Shown one piece after another: positions 56,400-64,000 of a stretch of 64,000 nt of DNA. The stretch is from Promethearchaeota archaeon (lineage in GTDB: Archaea; Asgardarchaeota; Hermodarchaeia; Hermodarchaeales; Hermodarchaeaceae), in assembly GCA_048939595.1 (NCBI GenBank), contig JBHLPI010000001.1, positions 16,267-80,266 on the forward strand. The letters are read 5' to 3'. Both the position numbers and the translations under genes were made by a program. The notes below the pieces were generated by a model. The model did no database searches, was not told the origin of the DNA, and saw only the letters and a program-made list of their open reading frames with translations. Each line of letters opens with the position of its first letter. Within the stretch, counting starts at the first letter, position 1.

Positions 56400-57344
56400 T
56401 TATACTAGATACCCAGGATCATTGTAATGATGTGGATCAGGATGCACCTTTTCAATGATGCTGGGTTCAAACACATCAGCAGCAGTGAGCCTTTGCTGAA
56501 TATAGCCCATTTCTTGCAATACTGGGATGAAAGCCAAAGTGGATTCAATGTATTCGGGTGGAAGGCTTGCACAATATTTGGGTGAGACCCGAAACACTTG
56601 CTTGAGAAATGCCTCATCAACAATTCCGATTTCTTTTACTGCTAGAGAAGCCGCTTTGTCTGGGTTTTCTCGCATGAGGTTACAGGCGGCTTCATGAATT
56701 TCCAAGAACCCTTGGATGTCATTAGGTTGTTCGAATATCATAGAGGAGGTAGCTACAATTCCATAACTAGGATTGTAAGGCCAAATAGCACTTGGAGGAA
56801 GCACTAAAGGGGCATCCAAATATCTTGTTGCTAAAACAGCTAACGGAGGGGTTCCACAGCCACCAGCAACTTTCTTATCTTCCATCGCCTCCAATATGAA
56901 ATCGGCCCAGGCAAAATTCTCAATCATAATGGTCTCAGCTAGCCCAGCATCAGCAACAAGTTTGCGAATAATGACGTCATGAATTGAGCCTTTTGAAGGA
57001 GTACCTAGTTTCTTACCTTTGAATTGCTGTAAAACGGCTTCAACAGAACCAGTTTCTTGGAATGTTTTGTATCCTGTAAGGCCAGTAACCACGGTTCCCT
57101 CAACATGTCCACCGCCCACACAGTGGATATCCAATCCTTGTTCCATGCCAATCATTGCAGGGGGAAGCCCGATATAGCCAAGATCTAAGTCTCCTTTCTT
57201 GAAAGCTTGGACCATAGCAGGTCCAGTGGGAAATAGCGTCCATTCAGCTTTCTTTTTCATTTTCTCTTCAACCCACCCAGCTCCCATCAGAATGAAAGCG
57301 GTATGGTAGGCTGTTGAGAGATGACCAATCCGCAGTCGTGTCAT
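56400..57344 (-). CDS. NMT1/THI5-like (SsuA/TauA-type substrate-binding fold) protein without an obvious signal peptide
   Basis: RIGHLSTAYHTAFILMGAGW opening and a periplasmic-binding-protein type II layout. Confidence 0.45.
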   Translation of the reverse strand: MTRLRIGHLSTAYHTAFILMGAGWVEEKMKKKAEWTLFPTGPAMVQAFKKGDLDLGYIGLPPAMIGMEQGLDIHCVGGGHVEGTVVTGLTGYKTFQETGSVEAVLQQFKGKKLGTPSKGSIHDVIIRKLVADAGLAETIMIENFAWADFILEAMEDKKVAGGCGTPPLAVLATRYLDAPLVLPPSAIWPYNPSYGIVATSSMIFEQPNDIQGFLEIHEAACNLMRENPDKAASLAVKEIGIVDEAFLKQVFRVSPKYCASLPPEYIESTLAFIPVLQEMGYIQQRLTAADVFEPSIIEKVHPDPHHYNDPGYLV

Positions 57345-57415
57345 AGCAGTGAGTCCTCTTATGCTTGCACCACTTAATTATTATCCACGAATGATTATCC
57401 CTGATGGTATCGGTT

Positions 57416-58585
57416 TTAAAATGCCCAGAAGCCATTAAGTGCCAGAATCCAGCGCATACCTAATGCAATCATAAGGATGAGATAGGTGGCAGCGATATCC
57501 CAATAGACGGATCGCTTCGAGCGGAATGGTAGCCAGAAATTGGCGGAGGGTAGCGAGAGTCCGAAGTAGCTTACGGTAATCAAAATCCAGCCTAGCACTC
57601 CAATGGTTCTATAGAACCCAAGAATCACTCCAAAGAGGATGATACCATAAAGGTGGTGGGTAATATAGGATATTAAAGCTACCCGACCATTCATTTCAAA
57701 AAACAGACTAACAGGGTTCCACCATTTCCAAACATCCACTGTCAATAAGACACTCGCAACAGCCAGAAGTGCCATGCCAGATGAGAGCAGAAAGAAGCCA
57801 TTCGTAAGGGGATATTGGGTCAGAGGATCACCAAGAAGAAAGAAAGGCACAACCATAAGGCAGAAGAGGCCACCAATGACAAGGATATCGTGTACAATTC
57901 GTCTGGGATTTGAGGGAGTTTCGAGAATTGCTTCCCCGATGAATGTGCCGATGATTGGACACGCCAGCCAAGGAAAGAGAGGAGCTTTTCCAGTTGCAAT
58001 GATTGCAGAGAGATGGTCGAACCAAGTTTGGGGAGGCACATATTGAATATTGCCAACTGTTCCAACGATTGCATCATAGTTCAGCCATACCCGAAAGATG
58101 GGGGCAAGGACGATTATCAGGACTGGGAGAAATATTCGATAACGCTTGGGAAGATAGAGGGTAAGTTGAGCGATAATAAGAGAGAACCCGATGAGTTGGA
58201 GAATACTCCAATCCAGAATCCATACAGTGCCAAACATCACAACGGAAAACAAATACCCTAATCCCACAATGAGAAGCCCTCGAGATAGCACCCATTTCAA
58301 TATGGTTTTTCCTGAGTCTCCTCTTTGTTGGAAGCGTGAGTTGGCTAGGACAACGCCTATCCCTGCAACGACGTAAAAAAGGGGTGCGGGGATTATTCCA
58401 AAGAAGAGAATCGACATCGCAATAGGCGAATGGTATCCACCACCAACGAAGGTTTGTCCAAAATGGTTGATAATCATAAAAACCAATGCAACGCCACGGA
58501 GCACATCAACAGAGGCAATCCGACCATTATGCTCTACAAGGGCCTGGGATTCTACCATGATTACCGAACCACATCTACAGTTCAT
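57416..58585 (-). CDS. Polytopic membrane protein, acyltransferase-3 / DUF1624 (HGSNAT-like) family candidate
   Basis: N-terminal R-x-x-S-V-D-x-L-R-G-x-A-x-x-x-M-x-x-x-H motif (RIASVDVLRGVALVFMIINH) and 10 or more transmembrane helices. Confidence 0.45.
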   Translation of the reverse strand: MNCRCGSVIMVESQALVEHNGRIASVDVLRGVALVFMIINHFGQTFVGGGYHSPIAMSILFFGIIPAPLFYVVAGIGVVLANSRFQQRGDSGKTILKWVLSRGLLIVGLGYLFSVVMFGTVWILDWSILQLIGFSLIIAQLTLYLPKRYRIFLPVLIIVLAPIFRVWLNYDAIVGTVGNIQYVPPQTWFDHLSAIIATGKAPLFPWLACPIIGTFIGEAILETPSNPRRIVHDILVIGGLFCLMVVPFFLLGDPLTQYPLTNGFFLLSSGMALLAVASVLLTVDVWKWWNPVSLFFEMNGRVALISYITHHLYGIILFGVILGFYRTIGVLGWILITVSYFGLSLPSANFWLPFRSKRSVYWDIAATYLILMIALGMRWILALNGFWAF

Positions 58586-59195
58586 CTAATGATAGAAAGG
58601 TAGCGTCGGTTAACTCCTATAAGAGATAGTCGGTGAAACTCAAGAATTCCGATTTAACATCAATGTCCCTGACAATCGCCCAAAGCCATATAACTGGACA
58701 ACTTAAGAGTGATTTACCAGTGTGGAAGACACCCGATTCCGAACGACACCCTAGCTCTCCCTGAGGGGATCCATTCTTGTCCGTACCACCCGCTATATGT
58801 ACTTACGTATATCGTCTTGAAAGCCCCTGCCATAAACGGGTGAACGCTGTACCCACCCAGTTGTACCAGGCAGCCCATACTGTCGATGGCACCAAGTTCT
58901 CCCAGACAAGGATTTACGTGGTGTTGATTTCAGCAACGTAGAAGAAGAGCCCAAACACCTCTGTGAAGCACATCTGGTCGATGCACGCGTAGATGAGGCA
59001 ATCCTGCTTGATGTACTCTTACTCGATGCCAATCTTCATGGCGCTTCGTTAACAAAAGCAAACTTACAAGGAGCGAATCTATCCCAAGCAAACTTATTTG
59101 AGGTAGATCTTTGGGGAGCCAACCTTCAGGGAGCTCAACTAATTCTCACCCAATTAAAATTCTCAGATTTTGTCCGAGCTAACCTGGAAAACGCC

Positions 59196-59975
59196 ATGTT
59201 TGATGGTGCCACACTGGAATTCACTGATCTTCGTGGTGCGGATTTACAACTCGCTCATTTCGAAGGAGCCCATATTAAGAGCTGTTATTTTGCCAGTGAA
59301 TTCGGTTCAGCACGGTTAATGTTATGTACCTTGAAAAACGCATCATCGATTGATGATCTTGTAGCTAAAAAGGCTCGAATCAGCCTAAACTCTGAGCTGA
59401 GTGCAGGAGATAAACTCCGAGTGTATACCATCGAGGATTATAGCGTCCAACCTAGGGATCATCGAGATATTGTGCGAGACCACCGGGTCCTAAAAATCTA
59501 TTGCAAACAAGAAGGGCGATTAGACCGGAGTAGCAAACACTACTTGAGTGAAATGCGGTCGATGCGGAAAAATTACTGGAAGCAGGCGTCTGTCGAAAAC
59601 AATGAGAAACCGGACGAAGAAAAACCATCGACTTCGAAACGGTTTCAGTTTGCTATTCGAGGTTTTAATAATAAATTGCTGGATACCCTTTTTGGTTATG
59701 GCAAGGAATCCGGAAAACTTATCGCGTGGACTTTTTTCACTGTTTTTCTGACTGCAATTGCTCTGTTCCTAATGAGTCTTCCAGCTCTTCCCCTTGAAAG
59801 TCTATTTACTGCGTTTATTACGAGCCTAGCAACAGCACTTGTTTCCTTTGCTGTTGCCCCACCCATCCCGGTTGGACAAATTCCTCAATTCTGGTTGGCG
59901 AATGTAACTGCATTTGTAGGCAAATTCTTCCTTGTGCTGTTTGTGTTTATTTTTGGTCGAAAGGTCGAACGCTAA
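59196..59975 (+). CDS. Pentapeptide-repeat protein with a C-terminal 3-TM membrane anchor. In-frame repeat-coding sequence extends upstream to about 58836 without a canonical start codon.
   Basis: FDGATLEFTDLRGADLQLAHFEGAHI repeats. The upstream in-frame translation is also repeat-like (LHGASLTKANLQGANLSQANLFEVDLWGANLQGAQL). The C-terminal hydrophobic segments run LIAWTFFTVFLTAIALFLM onward. Confidence 0.6.
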   Translation: MFDGATLEFTDLRGADLQLAHFEGAHIKSCYFASEFGSARLMLCTLKNASSIDDLVAKKARISLNSELSAGDKLRVYTIEDYSVQPRDHRDIVRDHRVLKIYCKQEGRLDRSSKHYLSEMRSMRKNYWKQASVENNEKPDEEKPSTSKRFQFAIRGFNNKLLDTLFGYGKESGKLIAWTFFTVFLTAIALFLMSLPALPLESLFTAFITSLATALVSFAVAPPIPVGQIPQFWLANVTAFVGKFFLVLFVFIFGRKVER

Positions 59976-61099
59976 GGATTCAGTTCAGGATAGATTTCCT
60001 CTGCTAGAATTCGGGAAACATCAAAATACGTGTAAGGAGCGTTCCGCTTGCTTACACCATTAATGATTTCGAAACAGAATTTCCTCGCACCAACATCTAC
60101 AAAAGCCTGAATTTTCTTTCGAACTTCTTCTGGTGACCCTGCTAGGGTTATTGATTTGATTGCTTCCTCAGGAATATCAGTGACAATTGGGAGCATTTTA
60201 CTCATATCCAGTTTGGCAACATCGTCGGCGTCATATGTTAGCAAGCTGATATTGCTCGGACGAAGACCCTGCTCCTGATAAATTGCCGAATAGTCTTCAT
60301 TCCAAAATCCCAAAGCATCTAATACATGGGGTTGTAACACAAGCTGTCCACGGAGACCACCAAGATACTGGGAAACTGCCCCAGGATCATCATGCATGAA
60401 CACTCGCCCCCAAAACCCAGCTGCTAAACCGGATGGATCCCGACCTAATTTTTTCATTTGCCGATGAATATCTTTCAATCCTTCCCTATACAACGCTGGT
60501 AAAGCAGGAAAGGGAAACCAGCCATCGGCGAGTTCAGCAGTTAATTTCCGGGTCCGCGGACCATTTCCTGCAATCCAAACTGGTGGATGAGGTTGTGAAA
60601 GCGGTTTAGGCTCTAAAACAGCACGGTCCAGCTTGAAGAATCGTCCTTGATGAGTAACTGGTCCCAATTGGGTCCACAACAGCTTCATCACTTCAATGCA
60701 CTCTTTCAATCGACTTACAGCATTTTTCGAGTCAAATCCGTAGACCGCTAGATTCATTTTTTCACCCGCACCTATTCCCAAAATAAAGCGCCCACCAGAT
60801 TGATGATCTAGGGAAACAGCGTTTTGAGCCAAAATAGCTGGATGAAGACGAATAGCATCGGTAACAGCAACGCCCAATGACATTCTAGGTGCAAGCTCGG
60901 CAAAAGCAGCTAGCATCGTCCAAGGAGACAAAAAAGCATCAATGGCGAAAGGGGGTAATCCTCGAAGATGATCGGGGACCCAGCAGGTAGTCCAATTTTT
61001 CTGTTCAATCATTTTAGTAACTTTGGTTTTGACCAAATCCCAAGACCGAGAATAGAACAGTTGCTGTCCAAATTCAATCATTGCTATCACAGAACTCAA
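59972..61099 (-). CDS. Luciferase-like monooxygenase (LLM) family, F420/flavin-dependent oxidoreductase
   Basis: LLM TIM-barrel signature GVAVTDAIRLHPAILAQNAVSLDHQSGGRFILGIGAGE. Confidence 0.7.
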   Translation of the reverse strand: MSSVIAMIEFGQQLFYSRSWDLVKTKVTKMIEQKNWTTCWVPDHLRGLPPFAIDAFLSPWTMLAAFAELAPRMSLGVAVTDAIRLHPAILAQNAVSLDHQSGGRFILGIGAGEKMNLAVYGFDSKNAVSRLKECIEVMKLLWTQLGPVTHQGRFFKLDRAVLEPKPLSQPHPPVWIAGNGPRTRKLTAELADGWFPFPALPALYREGLKDIHRQMKKLGRDPSGLAAGFWGRVFMHDDPGAVSQYLGGLRGQLVLQPHVLDALGFWNEDYSAIYQEQGLRPSNISLLTYDADDVAKLDMSKMLPIVTDIPEEAIKSITLAGSPEEVRKKIQAFVDVGARKFCFEIINGVSKRNAPYTYFDVSRILAEEIYPELNP

Positions 61100-61118
61100 G
61101 AGTGTATTGGTCTATCTT

Positions 61119-61361
61119 TCACTCCTGGGGATTCTTATATGTACTTTCAGATTCGTCGATGTTGCGTCTAGACGTCATGATAATGATGAGTAATGAAGCA
61201 ATAACAACTGCAAAGATGACCCACCACACCCAACCCATCCAAATCAGCATCCCATCAACGAGTGCCCACCCTCCGAATAGGGCCAAATATCCAGAAATTG
61301 TCAACACAATTACGGTCATGAAACCTAAACAAACAACATCAAGTTTCCCGAGTTCTGTCAT
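61119..61361 (-). CDS. Small 2-TM membrane protein, hypothetical
   Basis: Hydrophobic helices and a charged tail. Preferred over the overlapping plus-strand ORF 61081..61455, which has no features. Confidence 0.35.
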   Translation of the reverse strand: MTELGKLDVVCLGFMTVIVLTISGYLALFGGWALVDGMLIWMGWVWWVIFAVVIASLLIIIMTSRRNIDESESTYKNPQE

Positions 61362-61573
61362 AAGGTCTTTCTCCTTACTTCATCTCAGTTGTATAATTTT
61401 GGTTGTAGCCACTTCCTCGATCAGATTAGGCCAATTTGCCCAGATTATTCTTTGAATACAGTACTATAAGGTTGACGATTTCAGTGGATTGGGTAACAAC
61501 ACGCAAATTTAAAGTACCCCAGCTGCCAATGAAAACAAAAAATCCTATCCGCAATTCGACTCCTCCGCGTTAG

Positions 61574-62641
61574 GTGAAACCTATGATTAAAACGAAATTC
61601 ACCGAAATGGTCGGCTGCAAACACCCCATTATCCAAGCGGCAATGGGTCCTTTCTATACAACCAAACTATGTGCAGCTGTCAGCAACGCCGGTGCCTTCG
61701 GTATTGTTTCTCACACGAATCTACGTAATATTGATCCCATCAAGGAAATGGAGAAAAACATCCTCGATGTGGTCGAAAATACTGATGGTCCTTTCGGCGT
61801 CAACATTCGAACAGCTAGACTCCAAATCGACTACCCAGAACTCATCAAACTGATTCCCCGGATTCGCAAAGAAAACAAAAAAGTCAGGGAGCAACTTCGA
61901 GTTGTCATCACCTCAGCTGGTGACCCTCGCCCAGGAGCACATCACTTCAAGGATGTAGACCCCGAGTTGAAAGTCTTTCACGTCATTCCTGCGAAATGGC
62001 TTGCGGTCAAAGCTCTGAATCCCGACTGGTTCCAAAAGAAGTTTCCAGGCACCAAAGGTGTACTCGACGGAATCGTCGCAACTGGTTACGAAGGCGGTGG
62101 GCATAACTCATATGAAAAAGTCGCCACTACAGTGCTAACCGCCGAAATGGTGGAAATGGCAGGTGACATCCCTGTAATTTCCTGTGGTGGATGGTTCGAT
62201 GGTAAAGGACTTGCGGGTGCCCTCGCCATGGGCGCTTCAGGCATCCAAATGGGAACCCGATTCATCGCCACAAAGGAAAGCGAATTCCACGACGATTACA
62301 AGGCCCTTATATTACCTGCAACCGACGAAGACACTGTTGTCACCACTGGAGCCTTCGGACCCATCCGGTTACTCAAAAACGAATACTCTAAGACTCATGG
62401 TTCACCCGTTCCCGACCGTGAAGCCCGAATGGCTGAAGAATCGTCCATGACAGCCGATGACCTTCTCGACGAAATGGAACGCTACGAACTCGTCTACAAG
62501 GGTAACGTCCAGAAAGGTCCCATCCTCGTCGGTCAAACCATCGGTGGCATTGACAGCATTCCGACGGTTAAAGAAGTCGTTGACAGCATTATCAAAGAAG
62601 CTGAGATGCGTCTAAAAGCGGTATCGAAACTAGTCAGTTAG
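61574..62641 (+). CDS. Nitronate monooxygenase / FabK-like FMN-dependent TIM-barrel oxidoreductase
   Basis: HPIIQAAMGPFYT, a Gly-rich FMN-phosphate loop SCGGWFDGKG, and GASGIQMGTRF. Confidence 0.7.
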   Translation: MKPMIKTKFTEMVGCKHPIIQAAMGPFYTTKLCAAVSNAGAFGIVSHTNLRNIDPIKEMEKNILDVVENTDGPFGVNIRTARLQIDYPELIKLIPRIRKENKKVREQLRVVITSAGDPRPGAHHFKDVDPELKVFHVIPAKWLAVKALNPDWFQKKFPGTKGVLDGIVATGYEGGGHNSYEKVATTVLTAEMVEMAGDIPVISCGGWFDGKGLAGALAMGASGIQMGTRFIATKESEFHDDYKALILPATDEDTVVTTGAFGPIRLLKNEYSKTHGSPVPDREARMAEESSMTADDLLDEMERYELVYKGNVQKGPILVGQTIGGIDSIPTVKEVVDSIIKEAEMRLKAVSKLVS

Positions 62642-62659
62642 TATATCTGTGTGCACCTA

Positions 62660-62682
62660 GAGGAGCAAAGCAGTTGCTCCTC
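62660..62682. terminator. Perfect 9-bp stem / 5-nt loop hairpin (GAGGAGCAA-AGCAG-TTGCTCCTC) followed by a T-rich tract, lying between convergent genes
   Basis: The inverted repeat is read directly from the sequence. The downstream ACATTTACTTTTTAAATTT is T-rich on the plus strand. Confidence 0.45.
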
Positions 62683-62740
62683 ACATTTACTTTTTAAATT
62701 TCTAACATTCAGATCTGAATTGAGAATGGCTTCGAATGAC

Positions 62741-63211
62741 TTAAGGCTCGAAGAGTTCAAAGGCTCGTCGTTCTTCTAATGAACTACTTGTCCACAGAAT
62801 GTCGCGATCTGAGGAATATATGGCGATTGGAGAGTGAAGATTGTGCCAGAGTTGGATATTCTCGCGTTCCTGTAATAAAGAGCTGATGTATGATGTGACG
62901 TAGATTAGTTCTGTGCCAATTTTCAGGAAAAAGTTTGAAAATCCAGGAGAATGATAATATGAGGATTGCCAATAGATTTCTCTACCTGAATAAGATGAAG
63001 TATAGATGAAGGGATATTTGACTTGTCCTACATAGCTTGTTACTTGAATTCGATTAACGGTCTCAGTCCATCCAGGAATTTGATTTACAGTTAGAGGAAG
63101 GACCCATTGATTCTTCTTTCCTTTCTGAATATGCTTACGGGAGGTAATGATGAGTTTCCGAGAGAATTCTTGTATTGGTACCTTTTTTCGTTCAACAACT
63201 AGAAGCGACAT
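62741..63211 (-). CDS. Hypothetical protein. The reading frame continues upstream to ATG 63493 through a single in-frame TGA at 63407..63409.
   Basis: ORF in the supplied track. My manual upstream translation gives MARFEALVGCPVLDKGGKPFGFVDPNTP-TGA-KSLETEAGLAAEIFIHVDPKSTQPLYELTALEDVIYKHYKTEKRILAKASDYFGEGDLSLRPEIF-MSLLVV.... Confidence 0.4.
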   Translation of the reverse strand: MSLLVVERKKVPIQEFSRKLIITSRKHIQKGKKNQWVLPLTVNQIPGWTETVNRIQVTSYVGQVKYPFIYTSSYSGREIYWQSSYYHSPGFSNFFLKIGTELIYVTSYISSLLQERENIQLWHNLHSPIAIYSSDRDILWTSSSLEERRAFELFEP

Positions 63212-63610
63212 GAAGATTTCAGGGCGAAGACTAAGATCCCCTTCACCAAAATAGTCTGAAGCTTTGGCTAAGATCCGCTTTTCTGTTTTGTAGTGTTTGT
63301 AGATAACGTCTTCAAGCGCAGTAAGCTCGTAGAGAGGTTGTGTTGATTTTGGATCAACATGGATGAATATCTCAGCGGCGAGTCCAGCTTCAGTTTCAAG
63401 CGATTTTCACGGGGTATTAGGATCAACGAAACCAAATGGTTTTCCTCCCTTATCTAGGACAGGACAACCAACTAGAGCTTCGAATCTCGCCATAGTAACC
63501 AATCCTTCTGAGAGATTATATGAAGAATCTGAATATATGTTTTTACAGAATGACAGGGGATATCAGAAGGATTAAGTGTCTTAGCGAATAGGAAATCAGG
63601 GGTAATTCGA

Positions 63611-64000
63611 ATGGCGTCTGATACAATGGTCGTGACCGACGCTATTGTGGAAGAGGTACTTGGGGTTACAATTACCACCGTAGTTGACAATCAGTCTGCC
63701 CAACCCGGATTGAACCATGTCTGGGGATTATCCTTACATGTGAATATTCAGTTTCCAGGCCGGACTGAGGCACTTCTCATGGATACCAGTGGTAGTGCCC
63801 AAGTCTTTCGACATAATACACAGGCATTGAATCTGGATTTTACCAATCTTCGGGCACTAGTTATTACTCATTTTCATCATGATCATTTTGGGGCTATTCA
63901 GCCAGCTTTGGAGTTGATTCATCATACGGATCTAGTTGCCTATCTTCCTGCCAGTCATGATGCGTTGGAGCTCACGTTGAGTCAAAGTAATATTCGCTGC
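63611..64000 (+). CDS. MBL-fold metallo-hydrolase, 5' part only (runs off the window end)
   Basis: My manual translation is MASDTMVVTDAIVEEVLGVTITTVVDNQS...LVITHFHHDHFGA, which contains the HxHxDH zinc motif. Confidence 0.6.
   Translation, partial: MASDTMVVTDAIVEEVLGVTITTVVDNQSAQPGLNHVWGLSLHVNIQFPGRTEALLMDTSGSAQVFRHNTQALNLDFTNLRALVITHFHHDHFGAIQPALELIHHTDLVAYLPASHDALELTLSQSNIRC

Noticed and set aside
57416-58585. Alternative starts for the acyltransferase-3-like membrane protein
   Set aside because: MNCRCGSVIM... and MVESQ... both remain possible, and nothing in the sequence decides between them. I kept the longest ORF.
58793-59032. 79-aa minus-strand ORF
   Set aside because: It is antisense to the in-frame pentapeptide-repeat coding sequence and has a Ser/Arg-rich composition.
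61081-61455. 124-aa plus-strand ORF overlapping a minus-strand small membrane protein
   Set aside because: The minus-strand ORF has clean TM helices and sensible spacing upstream of the LLM gene. The plus-strand translation has no features.
1-64000. Search for tRNA, rRNA, CRISPR repeats and transposase or IS elements
   Set aside because: No GC-rich cloverleaf-like intergenic segments, no repeat-spacer arrays, no transposase or integrase-like ORFs and no terminal inverted repeats were seen. Intergenic spaces are mostly short and AT-rich.

Overview
This 64 kb window is a densely coded, moderate-GC chromosomal segment that looks archaeal, most plausibly from an Asgard-lineage genome, though this rests on gene content alone. 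Supporting signs are two Rab/Ras-like small GTPases, an E1-like plus JAB/MPN ubiquitin-system pair, archaeal ether-lipid genes, a form III RuBisCO, an OppA with a C-terminal membrane anchor and sequon-rich extracellular domains. I found no rRNA, tRNA, CRISPR array or recognisable IS/transposase. Left to right the window holds: an E1-like gene (partial) and a JAMM deubiquitinase-like gene; an SF2 helicase; tandem HAD hydrolases; malic enzyme; a Rab-like GTPase; a LarB-LarC(short)-LarE nickel-pincer cofactor cluster next to an AraA/FucI-like isomerase; a UbiA-GGPPS-GGR ether-lipid operon; and an SQR-like flavoprotein, TusA and a DsrE-like protein transcribed divergently from a 13-gene complex-I-like operon. 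That operon is nuoABCDHIJK, two extra NuoM-like antiporter subunits, then nuoLMN, with no NuoEFG and an ArsR regulator inserted between nuoB and nuoC. After it come an HdrD-like CCG protein, a cytochrome-b-like membrane protein and a DoxX protein; a wHTH regulator; FixCX; an AlkP-superfamily enzyme; a Zn-ribbon protein convergent with a second Rab-like GTPase; TrpB2; an Opp-type ABC transporter (OppFDC, OppB, OppA); a putative GxGD intramembrane protease; form III RuBisCO; YjbQ; a CoA-transferase with a disrupted A subunit; a HEAT protein; pyruvate kinase; a MoaD/SAMP-like protein ending in GG; an NMT1-like protein; an acyltransferase-3-like membrane protein; a pentapeptide-repeat protein; an LLM oxidoreductase; a nitronate monooxygenase-like protein; a hypothetical with an in-frame TGA; and a partial MBL-fold hydrolase. 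The most interesting candidate system is the sulfur-trafficking module (SQR-like, TusA, DsrE) joined to the atypical NADH-module-less complex-I-like operon with five antiporter-like subunits and an embedded regulator, together with the adjacent HdrD/cyt-b/DoxX genes.
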